From: Candidatus Sericytochromatia bacterium
Lineage (GTDB): Bacteria > Cyanobacteriota > Sericytochromatia > S15B-MN24 > JAQBPE01
Reading direction: 5' to 3'
Length of the DNA stretch: 20,322 nt
Assembly (NCBI GenBank): GCA_040400605.1
Contig: JBBAPZ010000030.1
Span: 1-20,322 of the forward strand
In this document: piece after piece, positions 1 to 8,881 of the stretch
Numbering within the stretch: the first letter of the stretch is position 1
How the letters are laid out: each line of letters begins with the position of its first letter
Position numbers and translations under genes: made by a program
Notes under the pieces: generated by a model
Seen by the model: the letters and a program-made list of their open reading frames with translations, nothing else
The model's database searches: none
What the model was told of the DNA's origin: nothing

Positions 1-883
1 GCTTTTCAGCCAGCAGGTTCACCAGAAACGTCGGTGTGCCCGTTTCAAACCAGTACGACCTGAACTTGCGCTCCTGAAACAACAGCAGCAAGTCAAAGGG
101 GTTATACACCGACTCGCCTGTCCAGTTGTAGCCGTTGTACCAACGTCTGATCGCTTCACGATTAAGGCCTTCCAGTTCCGGCGCAAAAATGGTGTCCACA
201 TCGTTGTCTGTGTAACCACACAAGGCAGAATACTCCGGTGACACCGTGATATCCCGCAAGTTGTTCAGGCCCGAAAACAGGCTCACCTTGGAAAATTTGC
301 TCACCCCTGCGATGAACACAAAGCGCAAATGCGCATCCGCGCCTTTGAGTACGCTGTACAGATCGCGCAGGATGTCTTGCATCAGACGCGCAATATCTGG
401 CTTGGTCAAATTGTCTAAAATGGGTTTGTCGTACTCATCCACCAGCACCACCACGCGCTGACCGGTGCGGTCATGCAGCGTTTGAATGAGGTCGCGCAGA
501 CGACCAGGAATGTCTGGAAAGCGCGGCGTGAAAGCATAAGCGTCTTCCAGAAGCGTCAGTTGCACATGCAAGCATGCAGCCAGGTCTTCGCGGGACTGAA
601 CCACGCGATTCGCAAAAGTGAGCAGCAGCACCGGATGGGCCTTGGACCAGTCCCATTGGTCATCTGCATGCAACCCCGTGAACAGCTCACGCCGACCCTC
701 AAACAGCTCCTTGATGGTGTCGAGCAACAGGCTCTTGCCGAAACGTCTGGGGCGTGAGAGGAAGTAATGCGTGCCCTGATCGATGAGGCGCATAATCAAA
801 GGCGTCTTATCGACGTAGTAATACGCGTCTTCGCGCACGATGGCGAAAGTCTGGATCCCGATGGGGAGCTTCTTGCGCTGCAT
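1..883 (-). CDS. AAA-ATPase-like (PF09820-type)/PD-(D/E)XK nuclease protein, paralog 1; 5' part only, runs off the window edge
   Basis: Not in the ORF track (no stop in window). Manual translation from ATG at 883: MQRKKLPIGIQTFAIVREDAYYYVDKT...SRPRRFGKSLLLDT (P-loop)...VVVLVDEYDKP (Walker B)...YWFETGTPTFLV. Colinear with 2049-3596 and 7128-8726; SD AAGGAGG upstream. Confidence 0.9.
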   Translation of the reverse strand, partial: MQRKKLPIGIQTFAIVREDAYYYVDKTPLIMRLIDQGTHYFLSRPRRFGKSLLLDTIKELFEGRRELFTGLHADDQWDWSKAHPVLLLTFANRVVQSREDLAACLHVQLTLLEDAYAFTPRFPDIPGRLRDLIQTLHDRTGQRVVVLVDEYDKPILDNLTKPDIARLMQDILRDLYSVLKGADAHLRFVFIAGVSKFSKVSLFSGLNNLRDITVSPEYSALCGYTDNDVDTIFAPELEGLNREAIRRWYNGYNWTGESVYNPFDLLLLFQERKFRSYWFETGTPTFLVNLLAEK

Positions 884-910
884 GCCGCCTCCTTGCGTGC
901 ATCATAACAC
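884..910 (-). promoter_or_regulatory. Compact leader: extended -10-like TGtTATGAT plus SD AAGGAGG
   Basis: Minus strand reads gTGtTATGATgcacgcAAGGAGGcggcATG; near-identical leaders precede paralogs 2 and 3. Confidence 0.55.
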
Positions 911-1057
911 GGCGCTCACGACGCATAAGCGGTCTCGCGGGGCGCCACCACGATGCAATCTGAAAGGGCGCAACGATACCCGACAACGCGTGCCCCACGT
1001 CCCTTTTGCAATATGAGGGGATTTGTGGGTAGAAAGTCGCAGGGGGGTGTCAGCACG

Positions 1058-1448
1058 ATTAATAAAAAACGCTTTCCGAGCGAGATATCTGCACAGAATA
1101 CATCACCCCTGCCATGGCGAAGGCAGGCTGTGATGTCACGACCCAAGTTCGTGACGCGTTTCCTTTTACCAAGGGCCGCATCATCGTGCGTGGCAAGTTG
1201 CATACCCGTGCCAAGCACGAGCGCGCCGATTATGTCCTTTTTTACAAGCCGAACATCCCCATTGCCATTATCGAGGCCAAGTACAATAACCATACGTCGG
1301 GAGACGGCATGCAACAGGCCTTGGGTTACGCCGATATGTTGCAAGTGCCTTTTGTATTCAGCTCCAATGGCGACGGGTTTCTGTTCCACAGCAAGCTTGC
1401 CGCCAGTCCAACAGAGGGCGGCAAGTTCGAGCGAGAGCTTGCACTTAA
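1058..1448 (+). pseudogene. hsdR: Type I restriction enzyme R subunit N-terminal fragment (EcoAI/EcoEI-like)
   Basis: Reads (I)NKK/LSERDICTEYITPAMAKAG...GRIIVRGKLHTR...RADYVLFYKPNIPIAIIEAK...GMQQALGYADMLQVPFVFSSNGDGF. Start codon appears as ATT, there is a 1-nt frameshift in the A-run near 1064-1070, and the gene is cut at the IS21 end at 1449. Confidence 0.85.
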
Positions 1449-1512
1449 TGTTTGTGACAGACTAAGAGAGGCCCACTTGAGCGGTTAATTGATTGAGCAA
1501 ATGGGGCCCACC
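1449..1512 (+). mobile_element. IS21-family left end (TGT terminus with repeated GGCCCAC-type boxes)
   Basis: TGTTTGTGACAGACTAAGAGAGGCCCACTT...TTGATTGAGCAAATGGGGCCCACC resembles the end at 5399-5451, precedes an istA fragment and marks where hsdR homology stops. Confidence 0.7.
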
Positions 1513-1573
1513 ACTGCCACGTCTCCGGGTACAGTGTTGGTGTCTAAAGCCACACGGTAAACGGAGGAAACAC

Positions 1574-1715
1574 ATGACAGGAGTGGGCATGAAATAGCAT
1601 ATCAGACGGGATCATTTCATCCTCCGTAAAAGCATTCGACAGATTGCAAAAGAGCGGCACGTTGCCCGAAAAACCATCCGTGCCGCACTCAGGGCTGCCA
1701 GCCCCAAGGATACGT
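1574..1715 (+). pseudogene. istA: IS21 transposase IstA N-terminal HTH fragment
   Basis: GGAGG then ATG 1574: MTGVGMK*HIRRDHFILRKSIRQIAKERHVARKTIRAAL, an IstA-like HTH start with an in-frame TAG at codon 8. The 3' end is approximate. Confidence 0.7.
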
Positions 1716-2048
1716 ATTCGAAGATTGAGTCAGAGCTTGAAGAACCAACCATCGCCCATTGACTCGCTCCCGGTAAATGCAGGATTTCCGTACCAACCCA
1801 GCCAACGAACATTGTCCAGATTGTCCAGATGCCGGGAAGGTGACGGGCGAGCCTTACCACCACGTAAACAGCGATCAGTCGTATCCCGATTCGTGAAAGC
1901 ACGGCTTAGCTCTCAGTGTCCTTGGCGTTCCGCTGGTTTGCCAGTCTGTCGCTTCCAATCAAGTCGCTTTGAATACCGCTGTTGCGCCTGAAAACTACCC
2001 AGAATGCACAACACAACGGGGTGTCGGTCGCACGCAAAAGCACGGCCC

Positions 2049-3596
2049 TCAACCCTCGGCCACCTCGAAGCGCACCACATTGCGCTCCGCGCAACTGAAC
2101 TCGATGCCAACCAAGGTGATGCTACCTCCCTGCGCGCGGTACTTCTCGGCGTAACGCTTCGCCTGTAACTGTACTAGCGCGCGTCCATCGGGAACCTGTT
2201 CGACTACCTTGAACTCGAACAGGTACAGGCGATCGCCTGTCCGCAAGGCGAGGTCGATGCGCCCCTTGTTCGTCGCATCCTCCACCCGCGCATCCAGGCC
2301 CATCGCTGCCAGATGGCTGTAAAACACACTGGCGTAAAAGCCCTCATACTGCGCAATCGGGTTGTTGCGATACCAGTCATGCGGAATACTTGCAAACAAC
2401 GCATGAATGCTCGTCTCCACCGTGGACAAATCGCCATCGAACAGGGCATTCTCCAGCCGGTGCCGCACCTGCACAGCAACACGGGGCGCAGGGCCGAATG
2501 CCGGGAGCAATGCGTCATTCAAGGCCGCTTCCACTTCGGCGTTGGGGTAACCGAGGGTGTAGAGCATCTGTCCGGAACGGGCGGTGGTCACCCCACGGAT
2601 GGTCAGGTAGCCCGCTTGCCAGAGCAAGGCTTCGGGCTCGATGCGATCCACATCAAACGCGGAAAGCAAGGCCTCGCTCGTCTGCATCCCAGCCAAATCC
2701 GGCGTGAAGAATCGATGCTTCGCCAGATGCTCCACCAAAAAAGTCGGCGTGCCCGTCTCAAACCAGTAGGGCCTGAATTGCCGCTTATCAAAAAGCAAAA
2801 GCAGGTCAAAGGGGTTATACACCGCCTCGCCCGTCCAGCTGTATCCGTTGTACCAACGCCTAATGCGTTCGCGATCAAGCCCCGCCAGTTCCGGCGCAAA
2901 AACGGTATCGACATCACGGTCTGTGTAACCACACAAAGCCGAATACTCCGGCGATACTGTGATGTCGTTGAGATTGTTCAGACCCGAAAACAGGCTCACC
3001 TTGGAAAATTTGCTCACCCCTGCGATGAACACGAAGCGCAAATGCGCATCCGCGCCTTTTAGTGCGCTATAAAGATCGCGCAGGGTGTCTCGCATCAGAC
3101 GCGCAATATCTGGCTTGGTCAAATTGTCTAAAATGGGTTTGTCGTACTCATCCACCAGCACCACCACGCGCTGACCGGTGCGGTCATGCAGCGTTTGAAT
3201 GAGGTCGCGCAGACGACCAGGAATGTCTGGAAAGCGCGGCGTGAAAGCATAAGCGTCTTCCAGAAGCGTCAGTTGCACATGCAAGCATGCAGCCAGGTCT
3301 TCGCGGGACTGAACCACGCGATTCGCAAAAGTGAGCAGCAACACCGGATGGGTCCTGGACCAATCCCACTGGTGCTCAGCATCAAGTCCAGTGAACAGCT
3401 CACGCCGGCCCTCAAACAGTTCCTTGATGGTATCGAGCAACAGGCTCTTGCCGAAGCGTCTGGGGCGCGACAGGAAGTAATGCGTGCCCTGGTCAATGAG
3501 GCGCATAATCAAAGGCGTCTTGTCGACGTAGTAATACGCGTCTTCGCGCATGATGGCGAAAGTCTGGATCCCGATGGGGAGTTTCCTGCGCTGCAT
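2049..3596 (-). CDS. AAA-ATPase-like + PD-(D/E)XK nuclease (PDDEXK_9/DUF1703-type) protein, paralog 2
   Basis: 515 aa; RPRRFGKS P-loop, LVDEYDKP, YPNAEV, YEGFYASVFY, GRIDL...LFEFK nuclease motif, QL..KRYAEKY. Confidence 0.92.
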   Translation of the reverse strand: MQRRKLPIGIQTFAIMREDAYYYVDKTPLIMRLIDQGTHYFLSRPRRFGKSLLLDTIKELFEGRRELFTGLDAEHQWDWSRTHPVLLLTFANRVVQSREDLAACLHVQLTLLEDAYAFTPRFPDIPGRLRDLIQTLHDRTGQRVVVLVDEYDKPILDNLTKPDIARLMRDTLRDLYSALKGADAHLRFVFIAGVSKFSKVSLFSGLNNLNDITVSPEYSALCGYTDRDVDTVFAPELAGLDRERIRRWYNGYSWTGEAVYNPFDLLLLFDKRQFRPYWFETGTPTFLVEHLAKHRFFTPDLAGMQTSEALLSAFDVDRIEPEALLWQAGYLTIRGVTTARSGQMLYTLGYPNAEVEAALNDALLPAFGPAPRVAVQVRHRLENALFDGDLSTVETSIHALFASIPHDWYRNNPIAQYEGFYASVFYSHLAAMGLDARVEDATNKGRIDLALRTGDRLYLFEFKVVEQVPDGRALVQLQAKRYAEKYRAQGGSITLVGIEFSCAERNVVRFEVAEG

Positions 3597-4042
3597 GCCG
3601 CCTCCTTGCGGGCATCATAGCATGAGGGGACTGGTCATCAAACGGTCACCACGTGGATGTACGTCATGCGAAACCATCAATCAAACGAGACAGTTTATCA
3701 GTCTGTGTCATCCGCTCCAACGAAAGTTTCTTGACGCACGCCAGATAACGCGTTCTTGGCGTCAGCAAACACCTCATTCTACCCGTGTTAGTACTTCAAT
3801 GAAGTCATTAGAACCGTTAACTCCCTGGTTTAAATCCCTGTTACAGCCATTCCTCAGACTCCGCAAACGTTGGATTCCCGACCGTGCGGCTGGAGGCAGC
3901 CTGCGACAGGTCGTGGCTGGTGTTCCATCGGCGCTTGTCCGATTAGCGCATCTGATAGATCCTGGGCATTCCTGGACCGTCGTTAAGTGTCTTAAGTTCA
4001 GGGTATGAGGATGCTGACAGCATCACCTAAGGAGGTAACCCA

Positions 4043-5182
4043 ATGGTGCGGGAGATGCCGATCTTCTCAACGGGTAGGTGGCGTCAGTTGGCACTCACCT
4101 GCGGGGTGATGGGTATCGGGTTTGTGACGGTGAGCGCCGACGCAAACGAGGTGGAACCTCGCTCACGAATTGGCGGCGAAGCTACCCAAGCGCGTGTTGA
4201 ACGGGCGACACGCGAGGATGCCGTCGTAAAAGTTTGGCTCCGGACGAGTACATTTGTGGGGGGGCGCAAGGGTAGTTCAGATGGCAAGGGGCACCAGGCT
4301 GAGTTTTCCTTTCCCAAGGGATTGGCTGTTGACCACAACGGCACACTCTACGTTGCTGATTACCACAATGATCGTATCCGGTCCGTCGCATCAAACGGTG
4401 ATGTGCGTACCTTGGCGGGGTCAGAGATGGGTTACGTAGATGGCGTTGCGGCCGCTGCCAGGTTTACTGCACCCAATTCAGTTGCAGTGAATGATGAAGG
4501 AACGGTCTTTGTCTCAGAGGAAGTAGGGCGAATCCGGGTAATCAATCCGCAAGGCCGCGTCAGCACCCTGGTTCTCCAGGGGCCAGCATCAGAGCGTGCC
4601 AGTGGTCGTGATGGTCTCAAGTCTCCCCGTGGTTTAGCATTTGATGCTGCAGGAAACCTTTATGTGGCCGACACGGGCCACAACCGGATTTGTAAGGTCT
4701 CGTCATCAGGCTTGCTCTCAGTTGTTGCGGGTGGTCAGAAGGGGTTTAATGACGGTGTTGGCAGTGTTGCCCGCTTCAGCAGTCCGACCGATGTTGCTTT
4801 TGATGGCCGCGGCAATCTCTACGTCACTGATTTCTGGAATCATCGCATTCGCAAGGTAACCCCTGATGGCCGTGTCTCGACACTGGCAGGCGGCACACAA
4901 GGCTTGAAAGATGGAACGGCCGTTGCTGCCCGCTTCAGTTTGCCTGAAGGTCTTGCCGTGGATAAGTCCGGCCATGTGTATGTCGCCGACCGCGGCAACC
5001 GTTGCCTTCGGATGATCACCCCGGCAGGCAGCGTGCAGACACTGGCTATGTCCACACCAAACGATGCCAGCGCACGGTTAGATTGGCCGACCGACGTGGT
5101 AGTCAGCCAAGACGGGCATATCTATGTCACCGACAACATCCGACACTGCATTCGTAAGATTGCACTGCCTGTGAAAACTTAG
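4043..5182 (+). CDS. Secreted NHL-repeat (six-bladed beta-propeller) protein
   Basis: SD AAGGAGGT at ~4029-4036; signal-peptide-like N-terminus (WRQLALTCGVMGIGFVTVSADA); six F..P.G(L/V)AVD..G.LYV(A/T)D..N..IR-type repeats. Confidence 0.88.
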   Translation: MVREMPIFSTGRWRQLALTCGVMGIGFVTVSADANEVEPRSRIGGEATQARVERATREDAVVKVWLRTSTFVGGRKGSSDGKGHQAEFSFPKGLAVDHNGTLYVADYHNDRIRSVASNGDVRTLAGSEMGYVDGVAAAARFTAPNSVAVNDEGTVFVSEEVGRIRVINPQGRVSTLVLQGPASERASGRDGLKSPRGLAFDAAGNLYVADTGHNRICKVSSSGLLSVVAGGQKGFNDGVGSVARFSSPTDVAFDGRGNLYVTDFWNHRIRKVTPDGRVSTLAGGTQGLKDGTAVAARFSLPEGLAVDKSGHVYVADRGNRCLRMITPAGSVQTLAMSTPNDASARLDWPTDVVVSQDGHIYVTDNIRHCIRKIALPVKT

Positions 5183-5398
5183 ACCTGCGATTGGGTCGTG
5201 TTGCAAGCGGCAGTTGCGGTTATCGGGACAAGATGGCCTGAGATTAGTCTGACGTTCCCGGCTGGTTTAAACGTTGTCGTCGTGAATAATCCCTACGGTG
5301 ATCGGTCTCGCACACGCACTGATTGTCGAGGCCCACAGCACTCGTCTATCAGAAAGGTACAACACTAAAACTCTCAAATTTCGTGTCTGAGCCATTAG

Positions 5399-5451
5399 TG
5401 TGTTTGACAATGGAAAAGGGACCCACTTTGATCGAGCAATCGAGGCCCACC
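5399..5451 (-). mobile_element. IS21-family right end (downstream of istB)
   Basis: TGTGTTTGACAATGGAAAAGGGACCCACTTTGATCGAGCAATCGAGGCCCACC matches the 1449-1512 end in both the terminal and the internal box; lies ~80 bp past the istB stop. Confidence 0.7.
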
Positions 5452-5531
5452 CTATAGATGTTTCTGGTTTCGGCCATGTCATCTTTCGACCTCCGGTCGG
5501 GTGACTTGTGACAGAGCAATCACAAGTTTGT

Positions 5532-6023
5532 TTAATCGGGCCGCCGCTTCTCCTGGCGCGCAAGGCTCTGCTTGAACCGGTATGTCTCACCATTGACCGC
5601 GAAGATGTGCGCGTGATGGGTCAAACGGTCCAGCAAAGCGCCGGTCATGGCGTCGTCACCAAAGACCTCGGTCCACTTGCCAAAGTCCTTGTTGCTGGTG
5701 ACACTTACGCTCCCACGCTCATACCTGCTGAAAAACATGCCAAACAGTAACTGGGCGTGGGTGGTGCTGAATGGCAGATAACCCAGTTCATCCACGATGA
5801 GCAAGTCAGCCTTGGCAAGCGCATTTTCAACACGACTCAGGCGATAGGCGGCTTGTGCCTCGGCCAACTGTGTGGCAAGCCCTGCAGCTGTCACAAACAG
5901 CACCTTCTTGCCTTGTCGGCAGGCCGCACGGCCGAGCGCGATTGCAAGGTGTGTTTTCCCCGTTCCCTGGGTTCCGACCAGCACAATGTTTTCTCGGCGG
6001 GTCAGGTATTCACCTTAAGCCAG
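5532..6023 (-). pseudogene. istB: IS21 helper ATPase IstB, N-terminally truncated
   Basis: LA*GEYLTRRENIVLVGTQGTGKTHLAIALG...LLIVDELGYLP...RYERGSVSVTSN...ALLDRLTHHAH...GETYR. In-frame TAA upstream of Walker A; no N-terminal part and no adjacent istA. Confidence 0.88.
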
Positions 6024-6159
6024 ACAGTAGGTCACGTTCGTATTCCTGTCACCCCGTGAACGCGTACAACGGTCTTTGTGACGATGCCGGTTATAGGCTC
6101 AGAAATCGGTCGCGTTGCAGCATGGACCTGGTGTCTGCGAGGTGAACAGCGAAAACCAG

Positions 6160-6420
6160 CCATCAAATTGACTGATTGTGCGTTAACTGTTCGTTGTGAC
6201 CACGCCACCAGTAACATCCGATATCGACCTATTTACCCTTGCGTCTTGTTCCGGTGGCTAGCGTCCGATCGGTGAAACTGATGGATGCCTGCTCCTTCCA
6301 TCAATTTCGCTGATTGTTTGTTAATTGTCAGTAACATGACGCGGCCGATATCAGCGTGGTTTGGTTTTCTTTTTATCTCGGTACTGTCGCAGCAGGCTGG
6401 CCCGATCGTTGAAATTGATG
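6160..6420. repeat. Degenerate tandem duplication (two ~125-bp units, period ~137 bp) with inverted-repeat ends
   Basis: CCATCAAATTGACTGATTGTGCGTTAACTGT (6160) vs CCATCAATTTCGCTGATTGTTTGTTAATTGT (6298); both units contain CAGTAACAT and CCGATATC and end in CCGATCGGTGAAACTGATG (6265) / CCGATCGTTGAAATTGATG (6402). Confidence 0.7.
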
Positions 6421-6708
6421 ATTCCATGTTTTCCCTGTTTAAAACAAAAAAGACCCGGGTAAAGCAAAGCTAGATTGTGTCGGGATAGAGACGAGTAATC
6501 CAAGCTGGTTTGTCCTCGTGGTGAATCATAGCCCAGCAAGTTCACTTAAACAAAATTCACTCACTGTTAGCGGTGGTGTCAATCCGCGATTTTTTGGTGG
6601 TAGCAAATTGGGTGTGCAGATTTCCTTGCTGAGATAGAGGTGCTGCAACATTCACACAAGAAGGGAGATTAAAATGGCAAATCCAGGATTTCCAATGCCT
6701 GGTATTAA

Positions 6709-6818
6709 CAGGTTGCTGAAAAAGTGCCTTTCAGGCACTTTTTCGTCATGATTTCTCACGGCGGAATACGGGTTTACAGTCTCGAACAGGAGCCTCATTC
6801 GCGTTTTTCAGCAGCCTG
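6709..6818. mobile_element. 110-bp MITE (IS5/IS1182-like ends) with TTAA target duplication
   Basis: Terminal IRs CAGGTTGCTGAAAAA / TTTTTCAGCAGCCTG (14/15 match), flanked by TTAA at 6705-6708 and 6819-6822; no transposase. Confidence 0.85.
6718..6744. terminator. Hairpin inside the MITE, possible bidirectional terminator
   Basis: GAAAAAGTGCCT-TTC-AGGCACTTTTTC, a perfect 12-bp stem ending in a T-run on either strand. Confidence 0.55.
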
Positions 6819-7127
6819 TTAAGAGACTGACGCTTCCAACGGGCGAAGCGAGAAAGTGTATAGCAAACTCGATACAGCCCGACGCTCCGAGTCAATCACT
6901 CTTGTCTCGCGCCATTAAAGCTATATTTGGCAGTGACACACTTGATCTGCCCACGAACGCTAAAGGCAAAGGTAAGTCTCGAACCAAACTCAATTAGCGA
7001 GTTTGTCTTGGGCCGATCAAAATCAGTTTGCACGAAATTAATCCGCTTGGGTAGCTACCTGAACAAGCGCCGGTCAGGTTCAAAAAAATGTCTGCCGTAC
7101 AGGATACAACGTGCTAAATTTCGCCAA

Positions 7128-8726
7128 TCAACCCGCTGCAACCTCGAAGCGCACCAGATTGCGTTTCTCACTGCTAAACTCAATCCCCACCAAGGTGATG
7201 CCAACCCCCGGTGCGCGGTATTTCTCGGCATAGCCGCGTTCATTTAACTGTTCAATTGCCCGGCCGTCCGGCACCTGTTCCACCACCTTGAACTCGAAGA
7301 GGTAGAGGCGGCTGGTACAGGGAGGGGCTGATTCCTCGGCTTGCAAGGATGGCGCTGAGCGATTATCCACACGCACAGCCAAATCAATCCGACCCTTGTT
7401 CGTGGCGTCTTCCACACGCGGGGCCAAGCCCAGCGCCGTCAGATAGCTGTAAAAGATACTGACATAGTGACCCTCGTAACCCGCCAGCGGGCTCTTGCGA
7501 TACCAGTCATTCGGAATGCTGGCATACAGGGTGTGCAAGGCGGCCTGCACGCCCGGCATATCCCCCGCTTCCAAAGCGTCCTGAATGGGGTCACGCGTTT
7601 GCACCACCACCTGCGCCACCGGGCCCAGTTGTGGCAAAAAAGCTTCGTTCAGCGCGATTTCAACTTCCGTGTTGGGGTAGCCCAAGGTGTAGGTAAACTG
7701 TCCCAAGCGACGCTCGGTGACCTTGTGGATCGTCAGATACCCCGCTTGCCACAACAGCGCCTCCGGCTCGATGTGGTCGACATCAAAACTGGACAGCAAG
7801 GCCTCGGTGGTTTTTAAACTGGCGAAATCTGGCGTGAAAAAACGCTTTTCAGCCAGCAGGTCTACCAGAAACGTCGGTGTGCCCGTTTCAAACCAGTACG
7901 ACCTGAATTCGCGCTTCTCGAATAGCAACAACAGGTCAAAGGGGTTGTAAACCGACTCTCCTCGCCAGCTGTAGCCGTTGTACCAGCGTCGGATGTCATC
8001 CCGGTCAAATCCCGCCAGTTCCGGTGCAAAAACGGTATCGACATCACGGTCTGTGTAACCACACAAAGCCGAATACTCCGGCGACACGGTGATGTCGTTG
8101 AGATTGTTCAGGCCCGAAAACAGGCTCACTTTGGAAAATTTGCTCACCCCTGCGATGAATATGAAGCGTAGATGCGCATCCGCGTCTTTCAGTACGCTGT
8201 AGATGTCACGCAAACCCTCGCGCATGGTGCGGGCAATCTCTGGTTCTGTGAGATTGTCCAAAATGGGCTTGTCATATTCGTCGACCAGCACCACCACGCG
8301 CTGGCCTGTACGCTCATGCAAGGTCTCGATGAGGTCTGCCAAGCGACTCCCTGCGGCCTCGAAGCTCCGCGTCACCTGATGCTCGCGTTCCAAGCGTGAC
8401 AGTTGCCTGTGCATACTGGCTGCCAGGTTCTCGGAGGTCTTGAGCACCCCCGCCCCAAAGCTCAGCCGCACCACCGGATGCGTGACGGACCAATCCCAGT
8501 GCGTGTCTGCGTGCAGCCCCGTGAACAGCTCCCGTCGGCCCTCAAACAGCTCCTTGATGGTGTCGAGCAACAGGCTCTTGCCGAAACGTCTGGGGCGTGA
8601 GAGGAAGTAGGGTTTACCCCGGTCGATGAGGCGCAGGATCAAAGGCGTCTTGTCAACGTAGTAATGACCATTCTCGCGAATCTCACGAAAAGTCTGGATC
8701 CCGATGGGGAGCTTCTTGCGCTGCAT
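7128..8726 (-). CDS. AAA-ATPase-like + PD-(D/E)XK nuclease protein, paralog 3
   Basis: 532 aa; same motifs as paralog 2, plus an extra ~17-aa segment between GRIDL and LFEFK. Confidence 0.92.
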   Translation of the reverse strand: MQRKKLPIGIQTFREIRENGHYYVDKTPLILRLIDRGKPYFLSRPRRFGKSLLLDTIKELFEGRRELFTGLHADTHWDWSVTHPVVRLSFGAGVLKTSENLAASMHRQLSRLEREHQVTRSFEAAGSRLADLIETLHERTGQRVVVLVDEYDKPILDNLTEPEIARTMREGLRDIYSVLKDADAHLRFIFIAGVSKFSKVSLFSGLNNLNDITVSPEYSALCGYTDRDVDTVFAPELAGFDRDDIRRWYNGYSWRGESVYNPFDLLLLFEKREFRSYWFETGTPTFLVDLLAEKRFFTPDFASLKTTEALLSSFDVDHIEPEALLWQAGYLTIHKVTERRLGQFTYTLGYPNTEVEIALNEAFLPQLGPVAQVVVQTRDPIQDALEAGDMPGVQAALHTLYASIPNDWYRKSPLAGYEGHYVSIFYSYLTALGLAPRVEDATNKGRIDLAVRVDNRSAPSLQAEESAPPCTSRLYLFEFKVVEQVPDGRAIEQLNERGYAEKYRAPGVGITLVGIEFSSEKRNLVRFEVAAG

Positions 8727-8881
8727 GCCGCCTCCTTGCGGGCATCATAACACGCGACTCACCAGGTACAACCCGTCTCGCAGGGCTCCCGCAGGATGCG
8801 AAGCTGCAAGGGCGCATCGTGCGTCGAGATCGGCCACATCCGGAAAACAACGGGCAACCGCACAACAAGACGAGTGACCCA

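Larger units (their letters stand above)
6674..6997 (+). pseudogene. Small hypothetical gene (69 aa) interrupted by a MITE
   Basis: SD AAGGGAG then ATG 6674. Removing 6709-6822 restores MANPGFPMPGIKRLTLPTGEARKCIANSIQPDAPSQSLLSRAIKAIFGSDTLDLPTNAKGKGKSRTKLN* with no internal stop. Confidence 0.55.

Noticed and set aside
1612..1902. 96-aa hydrophobic minus-strand ORF containing a 9-bp tandem duplication (1811-1828)
   Set aside because: Its 3' half is antisense to istA and no family is recognisable; at most a gene fragment.
1449..5451. Composite IS21 transposon carrying the ATPase and NHL genes
   Set aside because: The ends are in direct rather than inverted orientation and there is no target duplication.
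6160..6420. CRISPR array or integron attC sites
   Set aside because: Only two degenerate units with a ~137-bp period; no cas or integrase gene; no cassette ORFs between the units.
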